Shown: piece after piece, positions 26,288-39,333 of the stretch
Layout: every line of letters begins with the position of its first letter
How positions within the stretch are numbered: position 1 is the first letter of the stretch
Source: Octopus vulgaris
Taxonomy: Eukaryota
Assembly: GCA_951406725.2 (NCBI GenBank)
Contig: OX597831.1
Coordinates: forward strand, 76,260,001 to 76,324,000
Length of the DNA: 64,000 nucleotides
Direction of reading: 5' to 3'
Notes under the pieces: model-generated
What the model saw: only the letters and a program-made list of their open reading frames with translations
What the model was told of the DNA's origin: nothing
Database searches by the model: none
Position numbers and translations under genes: made by a program

Positions 26288-26842
26288 GTGAGAGAGAAGT
26301 GCATGCCATCAAAGTGACACTGGGGTAAAATATACGAAGCCCAGTACACCCATCATGACTTCACGTCTGATAAGGGTACACCAGGCACATGCATCACAAC
26401 CATATGTGCGCGACATGGTGATCTCATATCAAGGTAAACAGCACATGACCTTGCCGGTGGGGCCAAGTTAGTAGTTTCTTCAGATCGAGTAGCCCATCCT
26501 GCTCAAAGGGTCCCGGAATAAGGGTTGTTTAAGGATGTTGAACGAACCACCCATGTTTCCAAAGGTGAATTATCCAAATCTCCAAGAATTCCTTTCAACA
26601 CATGGCTATGATGCTCCCCCACTTCTTCTGCTCGTGATCAGAGATGCACATATCGTCAGCCACTAAGGGACATGCTCAACTGGTTAAGGTCAAACAACTG
26701 ACAAGCAAATCTGTGGTATTGAGCAGAATATTTGCTGTAGCCCATCTTTTATACCAAGACAAAACAATGTACATGATAACACTTCCAATCAGTTAAGATC
26801 AGAAGCCACGAGAGCCACTGCCTGGTACTGCATCAGGGCATT
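26288..26842 (-). mobile_element. Orphan ~550-bp element, full length, within (ATT)n
   Basis: Reverse complement of 21301-21858 with the same 5' end (atgccctgatgcagtaccagg). Confidence 0.85.
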
Positions 26843-26857
26843 TATTATTATTATTAC

Positions 26858-26922
<65 letters not shown>

Positions 26923-27084
26923 TATTATTATTATTATTATTATTATTGTTGTTGTTGTTGTTGTTATTATTATTATTATTATTATCATCATCATCATCAT
27001 CATCATCATTATTATTATTATTATTATGATAGTTGTTGTTGTTGTTGTTATTGTTGTGCATAAATATGAAGCCATCATTAATTA

Positions 27085-27231
27085 TGAAATCAAATCCCGC
27101 CAAAGTCAACTTTACTTTCCATCTTTTCGGGGTCGATAAGCACTGGGGTCGATGTAATCGACTTAATCCGTTTGTCTGTCCTTGTTTGTCCTCTCTGTGT
27201 TTAGCCCCTTGTGGGTAATAAAGAAATAGGT
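27085..27231 (+). mobile_element. SINE B 3' part with Tx1-type tail
   Basis: …ctgtgtttagccccttgtgggtaataaagaaat. Confidence 0.75.
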
Positions 27232-27469
27232 AATATTAGATGTGTGTAGTTCGTTGATTGGTCATGTTTGGAGGTTCGCCAGCATCAGGGGGACTGCATC
27301 ATTCATATGTTCTCGTACTTTGTATATTTTCCTCTCATTTCGTTGTTTTTGCCCTTCCTTTGCCCTCGTCTTTTATATAACCTCGCCCACATAAATTGTA
27401 AACTGCCTTTGTAATATGTGCCGCTCATCCGATTTCTCTTGGGCATATAATACAAATCATCATTGGGGG

Positions 27470-27850
27470 AAGCACTCCGTCGGTTACGACGACGAGGGTT
27501 CCGGTTGATCCGAATCAACAGAACAGCCTGCTCGTGAAATTAAAGTGTAAATGGCTGAGCACTTCACAGACACGTGTACCCTTAACGTAGTTCTCAGGGA
27601 TATTCAGCGTGACACAGAGAGTGACCAGGCCGGCCCCTTGAAATACAGGTACAACAGAAACAGGAAGTAAGAGTGAGAGAAAGTTGTGGTGAAAGAGTAC
27701 AGCAGGGATCACCACCATCCCCTGTCGGAGCATCGTGGAGCTTTAGGTGTTTTCGCTCAATAAACACTCACAACGCCCGGTCTGGGAATCGAAACCGCGA
27801 TCCTAAGACCGCGAGTCCGCTGCCCTAACCACTGGGCCATTGCGCCTCCA
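27470..27850 (-). mobile_element. SINE family C, full length, tRNA-derived head
   Basis: ggaggcgcaatggcccagtggttagggcagcggactcgcggtc…ggtttcgattccc (A/B boxes); partial copies at 10945-11190 and 49530-49820. Confidence 0.85.
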
Positions 27851-28084
27851 CAAATCATCATTACTGGTTATGTATCGAGAGAGGAACCAGAGCCACAAGG
27901 TTGGTGTGGATTAACTGGGGTTAACAGAATCGACTAGCTCCCACCACTGGTGGTGGTGGTGGCTGCGGCGGTGGTGGCGGTGGTGGTAACAGTATAGGGG
28001 AGAAGGAGGAGGTGGAAGAGGGGGAGGAGAAAGAGGATTAATTATTGTTCATAGAAGAACGAGGTATCAGTGCTCTTTCTTAAG

Positions 28085-28308
28085 CCATAAGCTCATAACG
28101 CCGGGTTTCCCAGTTTCTGTGGCGTATGTATTCCCCTCCTGGACGGGACGCAGGTCCGTCGCAGGATTAACTCATTCTTGCCACCTGAGTGGACCGGAGA
28201 AATGTGAAATGAAGTCTTTTCCTCAAGAACACAACGCATCGCTCGCTCCAGGGATCGAAACCACAACCTTACGATCATGAGTTCAACACCCTAACTACTA
28301 AGCCACGC
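28085..28308 (-). mobile_element. tRNA-derived SINE (D-type head, different body resembling a V/MESC-like domain)
   Basis: gcgtggcttagtagttaggg…ggtttcgatccc…cctgcgacggacctgcgtcccgtccagg. Confidence 0.6.
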
Positions 28309-28493
28309 ATTTCCCAGGTGTTGGTTATGTGAATGTGTGTGGGAATGAGGGGATGTGAGTGGCTGTGTGTGCGAGTGTGTGAGTGTGTATGTGTGTGTGT
28401 GTGCGTGCGTGGATCAGAACAGTTTGATCCACGCATGTAACTCCTTATAAATGTGTCGAGTGCCCTTCTTTCGGTTGTCTGCTCACACGTGTA

Positions 28494-28545
<52 letters not shown>

Positions 28546-29264
28546 GAGAGAGAGTGAGATAAATATATTTACAGATACATATATATGTGTGTATGTGTAT
28601 ACTTATATATACATATATGTCTGTGTGTATGTGTATATTTATATAAATCTATTTGTGTGTATATATATATATATATACGTATGTATATATACGTATATAT
28701 ATATGTGTGCGTGTATACGTATGTACATATACGTATATATATATATATGTGTGTGTGTGCGTGCGTGTGCGTGCGTGCGTGTGCGTGTGTGTGTAGAGAA
28801 GAGTGTTAGTAAGCAGTGTTGCCACTGGGTGTCGCTTCCCTCCAAAACCACATTAGGCCAACTCACGCACTTCATTTGTCTCCATTCACCAAATATTTTG
28901 GTTCCGTTTCCAATCTGTGTCTCTCGATTTATTCATTTGCAAACATTTGCACTGAAACACAGTCCCCTCCCCCCCTTCCCCCTCCCCCCCCCACACATGG
29001 CAGAACGTGTAGCTGTTTCCTTTTCGCCAATGAAGCGCTGACCACACGTGTCTCATTAACATAACCATTCACAACCAATATCGCCTCAATTATGGAAACC
29101 ATCGTCATCGTCGTCAATACCACCACCAACAGCAACAACAACAACAACAACAACAATACTATCAACACTACCGCCAGTACCACCACCAAAATCACCACCA
29201 CCATCATCATCACCATCACCATCATCACCAACACCACATCCACCACCACCACCACCATCATCAC

Positions 29265-29297
<33 letters not shown>

Positions 29298-29846
29298 TAT
29301 CATCATCAGCATCATCATTATCATCATCATCATCATCAGCATCACCACCACCACCACCACCATTATCATCATCACCATCATCATCATCGTCATCATCACC
29401 CTCACCATCATCACCATCACCATCACCATCATCACCATCACCACCAACATCACTATCCGTCACCACTACAATAACCACCACGACCATCACCACCACCACC
29501 ATCACTACCACTACGACTACCAACAGTAACACCACCACTACTACTACTATCACCTCCACAACCCCAACACCACCAACACCACTACGACTGATACTACAAC
29601 CATCACAACCATCACCACTACTGTTACTGCTACTATTGCTAGTACCACCACAACCACCACACCACCACCACCACCACCACCATTACCTCCACACCACCAC
29701 GTCATCGTCCTCACCAGGTCAGGCTACAGCAAACCTGGCACATCACGCAGTGAGTGGTTTGGGATCGACGCACGACGAGCAGAAGCTTGAAACGCGTGTC
29801 TTGGGATAAGCATTGACGTTGGTGCTGCTGCTGCTGCTGCTGCTGC

Positions 29847-29910
<64 letters not shown>

Positions 29911-30544
29911 GGTGGTGGTGGTGGTGATGATGATGATAATGATGATGGTGATGATGATGATGACGATGATGATGATGATGGTGATGATGACGATGATGAT
30001 GGTGATGATGATGACGATGATGATGATGGTGGTGGTGGTGGTGGTGGTGGTGATAGCAGCGGTGACAATAAAGACGATGATGATGACAATGATGAAGTTG
30101 TTGTTGTTGGTGGTGATGATGATGATGATGATGTTATCTTCACATCGGTTGCTGCAGAATCTTTCAGAACTTCGCAAGTCCTTCGTTTCTTAACAAAAAA
30201 AAAACGCATTAAAATTTTCCTCGCAGGGACAGTCTGTGGAGTGTCTGGTGGTAAATGTTGGCTGTACCAATAGTATCAGTACATACATACATGCATGCAT
30301 ACATACATACATACATACATGCATACATACATACATACATACATACATACATACATACATTCATACATACATACATACATACATACATACATACATTCAT
30401 ACATACATACATACAAACATACATACATACATACATACATACATACATACATACATACATACATACATACATTCATACATACATACATACATACATACAT
30501 ACATACATACATACATACATACATACATACATACATACATACGA

Positions 30545-30688
30545 TAGTACCTTGGTTTCGGAACACCTCTGATGACGAATAAGTCGTGCTTTATGTATAT
30601 ATGTGGTACCTCGGGTTACGTATGCCTCTGATCATGAATAAATCGTGCTTTCTGTATGTGTGTGTAAATAATATTTATATATATATAT

Positions 30689-30750
<62 letters not shown>

Positions 30751-30810
30751 ATGTATGTATGAAGCACGATTTATTCGTGATAGAGGCGTTCGTAAACTAA
30801 GATACTACTG
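30545..30810. mobile_element. MITE with Tigger/pogo-like TIRs (left TIR duplicated)
   Basis: tagtaccttggttt…gaataagtcgtgctt occurs twice on the left; inverted aagcacgatttattc…gatactactg on the right. Confidence 0.55.
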
Positions 30811-30833
30811 TTTATATATAAATATATATATAT

Positions 30834-32395
30834 GAACTGTGTGTCACGCTTTATTGCAGGTGAAATTTTTGTTGATATTTTGAATATTATACATTGTACA
30901 AACGTGAAACTTGGTCCACTGAAAGATCCTAGGTCGGTACGTACGCAGTGATCATTTCAACCGTATTGATAAGCTACATGCAAAGTTATGTTGAGTTGTG
31001 TGTTTTGAAGTGCTTTCAACTGTGTCGCGCTTTATTGCAGGTGTTCGAAAATGCTCTTGAAACGATGTCTGACAGCTACAGAGAAAAGATGGATTGTTTC
31101 AGGTCTGGCAGAAGGCTTATCTGTGGGAGAATTAACCCCAAAGCTTGGTAGGGATACAAAAACATTGAATGTGTTGGTGGAAAATCCCATCAGCAAACCA
31201 AGGCAAGATAAAGGTAGGAGAAGCAGTGTATCCCAGCGTGACATCCGAAAAATAGGTAGGCAAATAAGAAAATACCTCGGTAGCACAAGTGATGCTATAT
31301 TTGAAAGTGTTGGGATTGCTCCTGTGTCCAGAAGCACTCGGAGTAGAGTCCTTAAAGAGACGGCCAGTCGTGTTATGTTAGGTGCATCGCTAGATCCTTC
31401 CTAAGCAAGAATCACAAAGAATATGTATCGATTGAACACGGAAGTACATGAAGATCAATTTCCAAAATATCCTTTTCCCGGATGAAGCCAGAGCTACTCT
31501 GAATGGCCCCGACGGATGGGCCAAAGTTTGGGTACCTCTTGGCGCCCCTCACCCGCATCGCATTCGGTGTCAACAAGGAGGTAGTGGTGTCATGTTTTGG
31601 GCGGGAATCATAGGAAATGAACTTGTCGGGCCTTTCCGAGTGCCAGACTCACCAGCAACTCCTACACCGAGTCTCTGGAGGAACATTTTGCAGCATGGCG
31701 AGATGATCTGCCACTCTCACATCAACGGCGATTGATGGTTATGCATGACAATGCTCGTTCGCGTTCAGCCAAGGCCACAATTTCGTAGCTCGCAACTTTG
31801 GGAATCGCAAGCCAACCACTCATGACTTGACCTCCCTGTTTTCCTTACCTAAACCCTATCGAACAGCTCTGGTCGATCTTGAACAGGAAAGTGTATGAAG
31901 GTGGTATCAAGTTTTCATCGAAGGATGACCCATGGGAAAAGATCAACACAGTTGCTAGTACCATAACATCTCAGATTAGTCAGCTAACAGCTTCTGTGGA
32001 CGAAAGACTAAAGTAATTTCTAAGCAAGGAAGTTGCGTAGACAAATGAACTACAGTACCAACAATTTAATTGTGTTTGTTTCATATATTTTGTTGCTATT
32101 TTTCGGTAGTGTGTTTCATTATTACAATAAAATGGTAATATAACGATAATACTTTGTTTCATTACCTTAAATTAACATTTTCGTACACCTGCAATAAAGC
32201 GCAACACAGTTGAAAGCACTTCAAAACACACAACTCAACATAACTCTGTATGTAGCTTATCAATACGATTGAAATGTTCACTGCGTACGTACCGACCTTG
32301 GATCTTTCAGTGGACCGAGTTTCACGTTTGTACACTGTTTAGTATTCAAAATATCATCAAAACTTTGACCTGCAATAAGGCGTGATATACAGTTT
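30834..32395 (+). mobile_element. Tc1-superfamily transposon, DD37E/TRT-type, with ~220-bp IR/DR terminal repeats
   Basis: TIRs 30834-31053 / 32176-32395, each with two cgctttattgcaggtg direct repeats; TA-rich flanks. Confidence 0.9.
31051..32050 (+). pseudogene. Decayed DD37E transposase
   Basis: ILFPDEARATLNGPDGW…QQGGSGVMFWAGI; MHDNA…(37 codons)…LNPIE; several stops and frameshifts. Confidence 0.85.
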
Positions 32396-32469
32396 ATATA
32401 CAATATATATATACACGCATACATACATATATACACATACACACATACACACATACAACGAGCTTTCTT

Positions 32470-32835
32470 CAGACATCCCATTTCCTTGCCTTCCTCACAC
32501 CTCCACTCGGGCTGGCTCCCATCGCTATCATGTCATGGAACAAACTCCACCACTTCTTCCTTGGTCTTCCCCCCGCCTGTTTCCTCCTTCTCCCAGCATC
32601 CTCTCCATCACCGATGGCAACATGTCTCTCTTGCGGTAGTCGAAGCCCGTGGCCAGTAAACCGTATCCACCTCTTTTGTCACCATGTACTGCAAACATTC
32701 CAAGCATGCCCTTCTCGTCGACTCTTTGTTTCCCACTCTCTCCTGGTAAGACATACTCAGGATTGAACGTAGGCACTGCCAATGGGACACACCCAGCAAC
32801 TGAGAGATCTTCACTGTCGTCTTCCAGGCTTCACG
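32470..32835 (-). mobile_element. Degenerate RTE-like LINE 3' remnant
   Basis: GGRPRKKWW…DM-like C-terminal motif on the minus strand. Confidence 0.4.
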
Positions 32836-32966
32836 GACATAGGAGGCTGTTGATATAGCAATAGCTGAGGGTAGCTGCAGCTTTGTCTTCTTATTGAGGG
32901 TATTTGAATATCCGTGTGGGAGAAAAGCGTTGGAATACTAACACTACTTCACCTTATTTACATCAC

Positions 32967-33098
32967 TTACATTATTTACATGTGATGGATATTTGTCCTC
33001 ATCTTGTTTGTTGTTAACACAATGTTTCGGCTAATATACCCTCCAGCCTTTATCAAACAAGATGAAGACAAATATCTATCAAATGCAAATAATGTAAA
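32967..33098. repeat. Small fold-back with a truncated hammerhead in the spacer
   Basis: Arms 32967-33010 / 33054-33098; spacer (-) tgataaa-GGCTG…TAGCC-GAAA-cattgtgtt. Confidence 0.6.
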
Positions 33099-33266
33099 TA
33101 ATATACATAATTCCGCATCTCTTAAATATAGAACTGTACTACTTTACATGTCCTGGTCTTGACTTGAGTTTTTCTGTATCACCATCATTGGAAATACAGC
33201 TTCCCAGATAATATTATAAATAGCAAGAGAAATATAGAAATTCTTTATAATGATTATAATGAGAAG

Positions 33267-33314
33267 GTCTTACAGCTATTTCCGAGATATTTTATATATC
33301 CCTTCATCGGAGAC
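33267..33314 (-). ncRNA. Hammerhead ribozyme, slightly degenerate
   Basis: GTCT-CCGATGA-a-GGGATAT…ATATCTC g-GAAA-tAGCTG-TA-AGAC. Confidence 0.6.
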
Positions 33315-33566
33315 GGTATGAGAAAATGGTTCAGCAATAGTTATTCTAGAGAAGATACGAAATAGAGAGTGAAGTGGAGGAATGAAAACAGACGTGAGAT
33401 ATGCAGGGATATTGTATCTGCAGTTCCATTATTTAAGCAGAATGGTATGCATATAAGTTTCCTGTATCTTGTGTGTAAGATCCAATAGTATTTAAAATTG
33501 GTCATTCCGAGCATAGAGTTTGTAAACGGTGTTATTGAATCGATGTTCTTTTAATACTATTGGAAC

Positions 33567-33677
<111 letters not shown>

Positions 33678-33717
33678 AAAAAATTTGGGCATTGTGCCTA
33701 GAGTAAAAAAAAATACA

Positions 33718-34793
33718 TTCCCACCGTTTTTTTTAATTTTGGAATTTATTGCGTTTTTAAATTTTGGAATCTATTTTTTTCGAGAATTCTATTTTTGAAT
33801 CATTTTGAAATCTTTTTTTCTAGTTAATTTTAGTCAAATTTTGTTTATTTTCAGATCATTAAGATGGAATGTCAAGTTAACAAAAATGTGCATTTTCGAC
33901 ACCTCCTTTTTGCTTTTAATCAAGGTTCTAAGGCCGCAAAAGCTGCTCACGACATTTGTGCTGTGTATGGAGAGGGTGCCATAACTGAAAAAACCGCTCG
34001 TGATTGGTATGCCAAGTTCAAAAATGGAAATTTTGACCTCAAAGACGCACCTCGTTCTAGCCGTCCAGTTGAGTTCGATGAAGAGCGATTAAACCACCTT
34101 TTGCACGAAATTCTCGTCAAACGACAAGGGAACTGGCAGAGAAAATGGAATGTTCCCACACTGCTATAGGGAAGCATCTTCACTCGATGGGAAAGGTTCA
34201 GAAGTATGGAGCTTGGGTTCCGCATGCTTTAAGTGACAACAACAAAAATCAACGAGCCACAATCTCGTATGTTGTGCGTATGGTGGGGCTGGGAAGGGAT
34301 TATCCCTTACGAATTGCTTGAACGGAACCTAACGGTCAACAGATAGAACGACTCAACACGGCTATTCAAGAGAAAAGACCTGATCGGCAGCATGGAGTTC
34401 TTCTGCTGCACGACGACGCTCGCCCTCATATCGCCAATATGACCAAGGAAACCAAAGGAAACCATTCAAACGCATGGCTGGGAAGTGCTGCCACACCCAC
34501 CGTCCTCTCCTGATTTGGCACCAACGGATTTCCACCTCTTTCGATTTCTTTCAAATGCTATGCGCGGAGTTTCGTTCAATACTGATTCAGAATTGAGAAC
34601 TTAGTTGGATCAATTTTTCGAGTCGAAATCAGGTAATTTCTACCAACGAGGTATTGAAAATCTTGTTGAACGTTGGGAAGAAGTTGTAAACAACAAGGGT
34701 GAATACATTATTGATTAATTAGTTGTTCTTTTTTATTAAACCTCTAAAAATTTTAATTTAAAAAAACGGCTGGGACTTAGCTGCCAACCTAAT
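33718..34793 (+). mobile_element. Mariner element (mellifera-like), internally deleted; transposase pseudogene 33863-34718
   Basis: HTH …ICAVYGE…WYAKFKNGNFDLKDAPRSSRP, WVPHAL, LLHDDARPH, PSSPDLAPTDFHLF; right TIR …acttagctgccaacctaata. Confidence 0.88.
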
Positions 34794-35485
34794 AGTTATA
34801 AATATAAAAGGTTCAGAGAAGGGCTGGCTCCCTAGACATGTGTAGCTGAAGACCACTGGTTTGTGACAATGCTCCGATGTCACACGAATCGATCCCCTCA
34901 CCTATAGGCCTTCTGCCTGAATATTTAAGATTAGGCGAGCAGAAGACTAGCAGAATGAACGGATGAAACCGTAAGAAAGAAATGAGAAAATTCTGCTTTA
35001 TCTTTCCCAAGAAAAATTATGGACCTTCAGACTTTAGATGGAGAGACATGATTGTCGACCCCTGTAGGCATGGCACATGAGAAGATGTTGTTATTACTGT
35101 AGTTTAGCCCCCGAGTCTGTTTTATAATATAAGGCTTTCCTGCCGTGACCTTCTCGTCTTTTTTTCTTATCTTTTTTGCAAAAGACAGGCCCACATTATC
35201 CGATGTAGGTCGTGCGATCACGTAGTGTGCCTCATTGACATAGTTTAATGTTTCCTAGAGATAAAAATTGTAAACCAAAATGCGAAGAATTTCACCAACG
35301 CAATTCTCTTCATCACGTGACAAGTGTGGGAGGAGAAAACATTTTCTGTTTTCTCTCTTCAAGATCTTCAGTCTCACAGACATGATTTTGTATGTATGTA
35401 TGTATGTATGTATGTATGTATGTATGTATGTATGTATGTATGTATGTATGTATGTATATATGTATGTATGTCAGTCTTCTGTCTG

Positions 35486-35518
<33 letters not shown>

Positions 35519-35575
35519 ATATATATATATATATATGCATCAAATGCAATAAATGAAAAACAGGACACAGGACAC

Positions 35576-35694
<119 letters not shown>

Positions 35695-36341
35695 ATGCCA
35701 TTTAAAGGTGATGGTCACTTCCAATTTTTTTCCGATACCTTTTTGTTTTTGCTCTTGTAGTAGTAGTTGTTATTGTTATAATTCTTCTTCTTCTTCTTCT
35801 TCTTCTTCTTCTTCTTCTTCTTCTTCCTCCTCCGTTCCACACAGCACTATCCCCCCCCCCCATACAAACCAACACGTTCTCCACCCCCGGCCACCCTGCC
35901 AGTCCTGTTTACCACGTGACAAGTGTGAAAGAAGAAAACATGTTTTTGGGACGCGATCTTGTCAAACACATAATTTTATATATATATATATTTTTTTAAG
36001 CCATGCCATTTGAAGGTGATGGTCACTTCGAATCTTCCGATAGCTTCTTCTTCTTGTTTCTAATCTTATAATTGTTCTTCTTGCTATTGTTGTTGTTGTT
36101 GTTGTTGCGGTAATTCTTCCCCTCTTCCTCCTTCACCTTCCCCACCTCCTCCTGCTTCTTCTTTCCCACAACTCCGCCAGCTCTCCCCACACCCACCCCA
36201 ATGCCAAACGCTAAATGTTTCAATGTTAGTTTGTTTTCTTGACCTATTTATGAGTTAAATAGGTCAACAGTTCGCAAAATATCAGATTAAAGTAAGCCAA
36301 AAATAAAGCATCTGTATGTATGTGTGCGAGAACACACACAC

Positions 36342-36386
<45 letters not shown>

Positions 36387-37311
36387 AGCACATAGTCATC
36401 CACATGTGCATAGATGTACATGTGTATGTGTGTGTGTGTATAATTACGAGCTAGTATACAAATGTATATATAAGTGTACCCATATGTATATATATATATA
36501 TATATATATACATGCGACTATGTCTATTGGAATTCGTAAATATTTAGATGTACATATAAGTGTATGTATATATACGCATGTATACACACACATACACAAC
36601 CGCATACATACATACGTATATATATATAATATACATATATTTCATATATATATATATATATATGTGTGTGTGTATGTATGTATGTATGTATGTATATATC
36701 CATGCATATATATATACATATATATACACACACGAACCCACACATACACATACGATATGTGTGTGTTATCGTTTCCTTTCTTTTCTTTTTATAATTATTC
36801 GAATTCTTCTTAGAAACAAGGATCCGGTTACTAACAAAAAAACACCAACCTCGATCTTCGGAATTTAGAGAACAACAACAACAACAATAGTGTAGGGTTA
36901 AATGTTCAACTAGCGAGCAGCCCCACATATTGTTAGTGTTTTCTTTACAAATTCCGTCCGATGATTGTGCGTTAGTTAAGCACTTTCTTCGTCCGAAGTC
37001 CGCAACTTGGTCTCGATTGTTTTTATAACAGGACCAATGTGCACCAAAATGGGCGCAGCTCTCAAACTGAAATTAGTTAAAGTGTTAAAGAGTTGTAAAA
37101 ATAGACTTGAATCTACCATCAAGGTTTGGAACTTGTACGTTTCGAAACAAATTTTTTTCCAAATATTGTCTTTGCTTCCGGATTTTAAAAGAAAATAAAA
37201 AGTTTAGATCTGCAGAATAACTTCCTAAGTTTTATTTGGTCATGTTAGGTTTCGAAGGAAAGTCTCTGCACAAAAATATTCTTTTTGTTTCTGCTCTTAA
37301 CTAATAATACT

Positions 37312-37706
37312 ATTTTACTTGTTTCAGTCATTTGACTGCGGCCATGCTGGAGCAACGCCTTTAGTCGAGCAAATCGACACCAGAACTTATTCTTTGTAAG
37401 CCTAATACTTATTCTACTGGACCCTTTTGCAGAACCGCTAGGTTACGGGGACGTAAACATACCAACATCGGCTGTCAAGCGATGTTGGGAGGACAAACAC
37501 AGACACACAAACACACACACACACACACACATATACATATATACGACGGGCTTCTTTCAGTTTCCGTCTACCAAATCCACTCACAAGGCTTTGGTCGGCC
37601 CGAGGCTATAGTAGAAGACACTTGCCCAAAGAGCCACGCAGTGGTACTGAACCCAGAACCATGTGATTGGTAAGCAAGCTAGTTATCACACAGCCACACC
37701 TGTGCC
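37312..37706 (-). mobile_element. SINE A, full length
   Basis: Complete head to tail with a short internal microsatellite. Confidence 0.88.
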
Positions 37707-37734
37707 TATAATTACTATTACTAATAATATATAT

Positions 37735-38420
37735 AAAGCTGACAATATTTTTGAAGCGAGTAGGCTGCGTGTGGTCATAGAGGACGGAATACACAACCGG
37801 TGTAAGATCATAGATTTGGCAATTCTCTATGGTAGAAGAACAGTTTCCAAAGAAATCAAGAAATTCAGAAATATTGGGACCTAGCCAGAGAGCTGAGGAG
37901 ATTGTGCAGTACCAAGGCAAATTTATTCCTGTAGTAATATGTCCACTCGGCACCACACCCCCAAATGCTACCTGCAATAATAAAAGAGATTGGAATTGAA
38001 ATTCAACCATTAGGTTCCAAGATCACAGCTAAGGTTGGATCAAAGGGTCCGTGTTAGGGTTCCATTATAGCCACACAACAATCCCAAATAATATAAACAC
38101 TGAGATAGTAAAACACGAAGACAAACGTAACGTTTCCAACAAAAACGATGTAAACAAAAAACAACAAACCCAGACCGTAAGGTGCATACGACAAGCAGCA
38201 AACCAAAACACGACAGACAAACATACGAATGAGAAAGAAAGCGACACAAATCTAAAATCTGGAAACAACGAAGGGGAGCCTAATGATTATGATACAATAA
38301 AAAGTAGAATAATCAAAGAACTGTAAAACACAGATCTCAAAATGGACCACCGACCATACACCCCAAAAATCAAAATAAACAAAAAAACAACATCAATTAT
38401 AAACAGCATAAACCTAGCCG
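37735..38420 (+). pseudogene. Decayed R4/Dong-type fragments (RLE domain ~37735-38030; probable N-terminal piece ~38060-38420)
   Basis: DNIFEASR…VVIED…CKIIDLAI…DLARELRRL…FIPVVI; preceded by taataat. Confidence 0.55.
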
Positions 38421-38468
38421 TCCTCCTAGCTCCTCCTCCTCCTCCTCATCATCATCATCATCATTATC

Positions 38469-38534
<66 letters not shown>

Positions 38535-38542
38535 TTGTTATT

Positions 38543-38748
38543 AAGGCAGCTAGCTGGATGAATCGTTAGCACGCTGGGCGAAATGCTTAGCGGTATTTGG
38601 CTCGTCGCTACGTTCTGAGTTCAAATTCCGCCGTGATTGACCTTGCCTTTCTTCCCTTTCGGGGTCGATAAAATAAGTAGCAGTTGAACACTGGGATTGA
38701 AGTAATCGACTCATCCGCACCTCCCCCAAGCTGCCCTTGTAGCAAAAA
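38543..38748 (+). mobile_element. SINE B between (ATT)n tracts
   Basis: Family head and core. Confidence 0.8.
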
Positions 38749-38760
38749 TTCTTCTTCTCC

Positions 38761-38822
<62 letters not shown>

Positions 38823-38826
38823 GTTA

Positions 38827-38902
<76 letters not shown>

Positions 38903-39065
38903 CATCATCATTGAGTGAGAAATCAGTGCATGCCATCAAGGTGACGCTAGGGTAACATATACGAAGCCCAGTATACACATCATGACTACCCGTTACACAC
39001 TGGGGTCGATGTAATCGACTAGCCCACTTCCCTCAAAATTTTCAAGGCCTTGTGTTTAGAGTAGA

Positions 39066-39100
<35 letters not shown>

Positions 39101-39123
39101 CAACAATAATAATAATAATAATG

Positions 39124-39187
<64 letters not shown>

Positions 39188-39244
39188 TAATAATAATAAT
39201 AATAACAATAATAACAGCAATAATAATAATAATAATAATAATAA

Positions 39245-39277
<33 letters not shown>

Positions 39278-39333
39278 TATTATTATTATTATCATTATTA
39301 TTATTATCATTATTATTATTATTATTATTATTA

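Noticed and set aside
27775-27850. tRNA-like sequences (also 19936-20000, 24988-25060, 28240-28308)
   Set aside because: They are SINE heads continuing into repeat bodies, with no complete cloverleaf or terminator.
30568-30590. ctgatgac as a hammerhead core
   Set aside because: No GAAA or matching stems; it is part of a MITE TIR.
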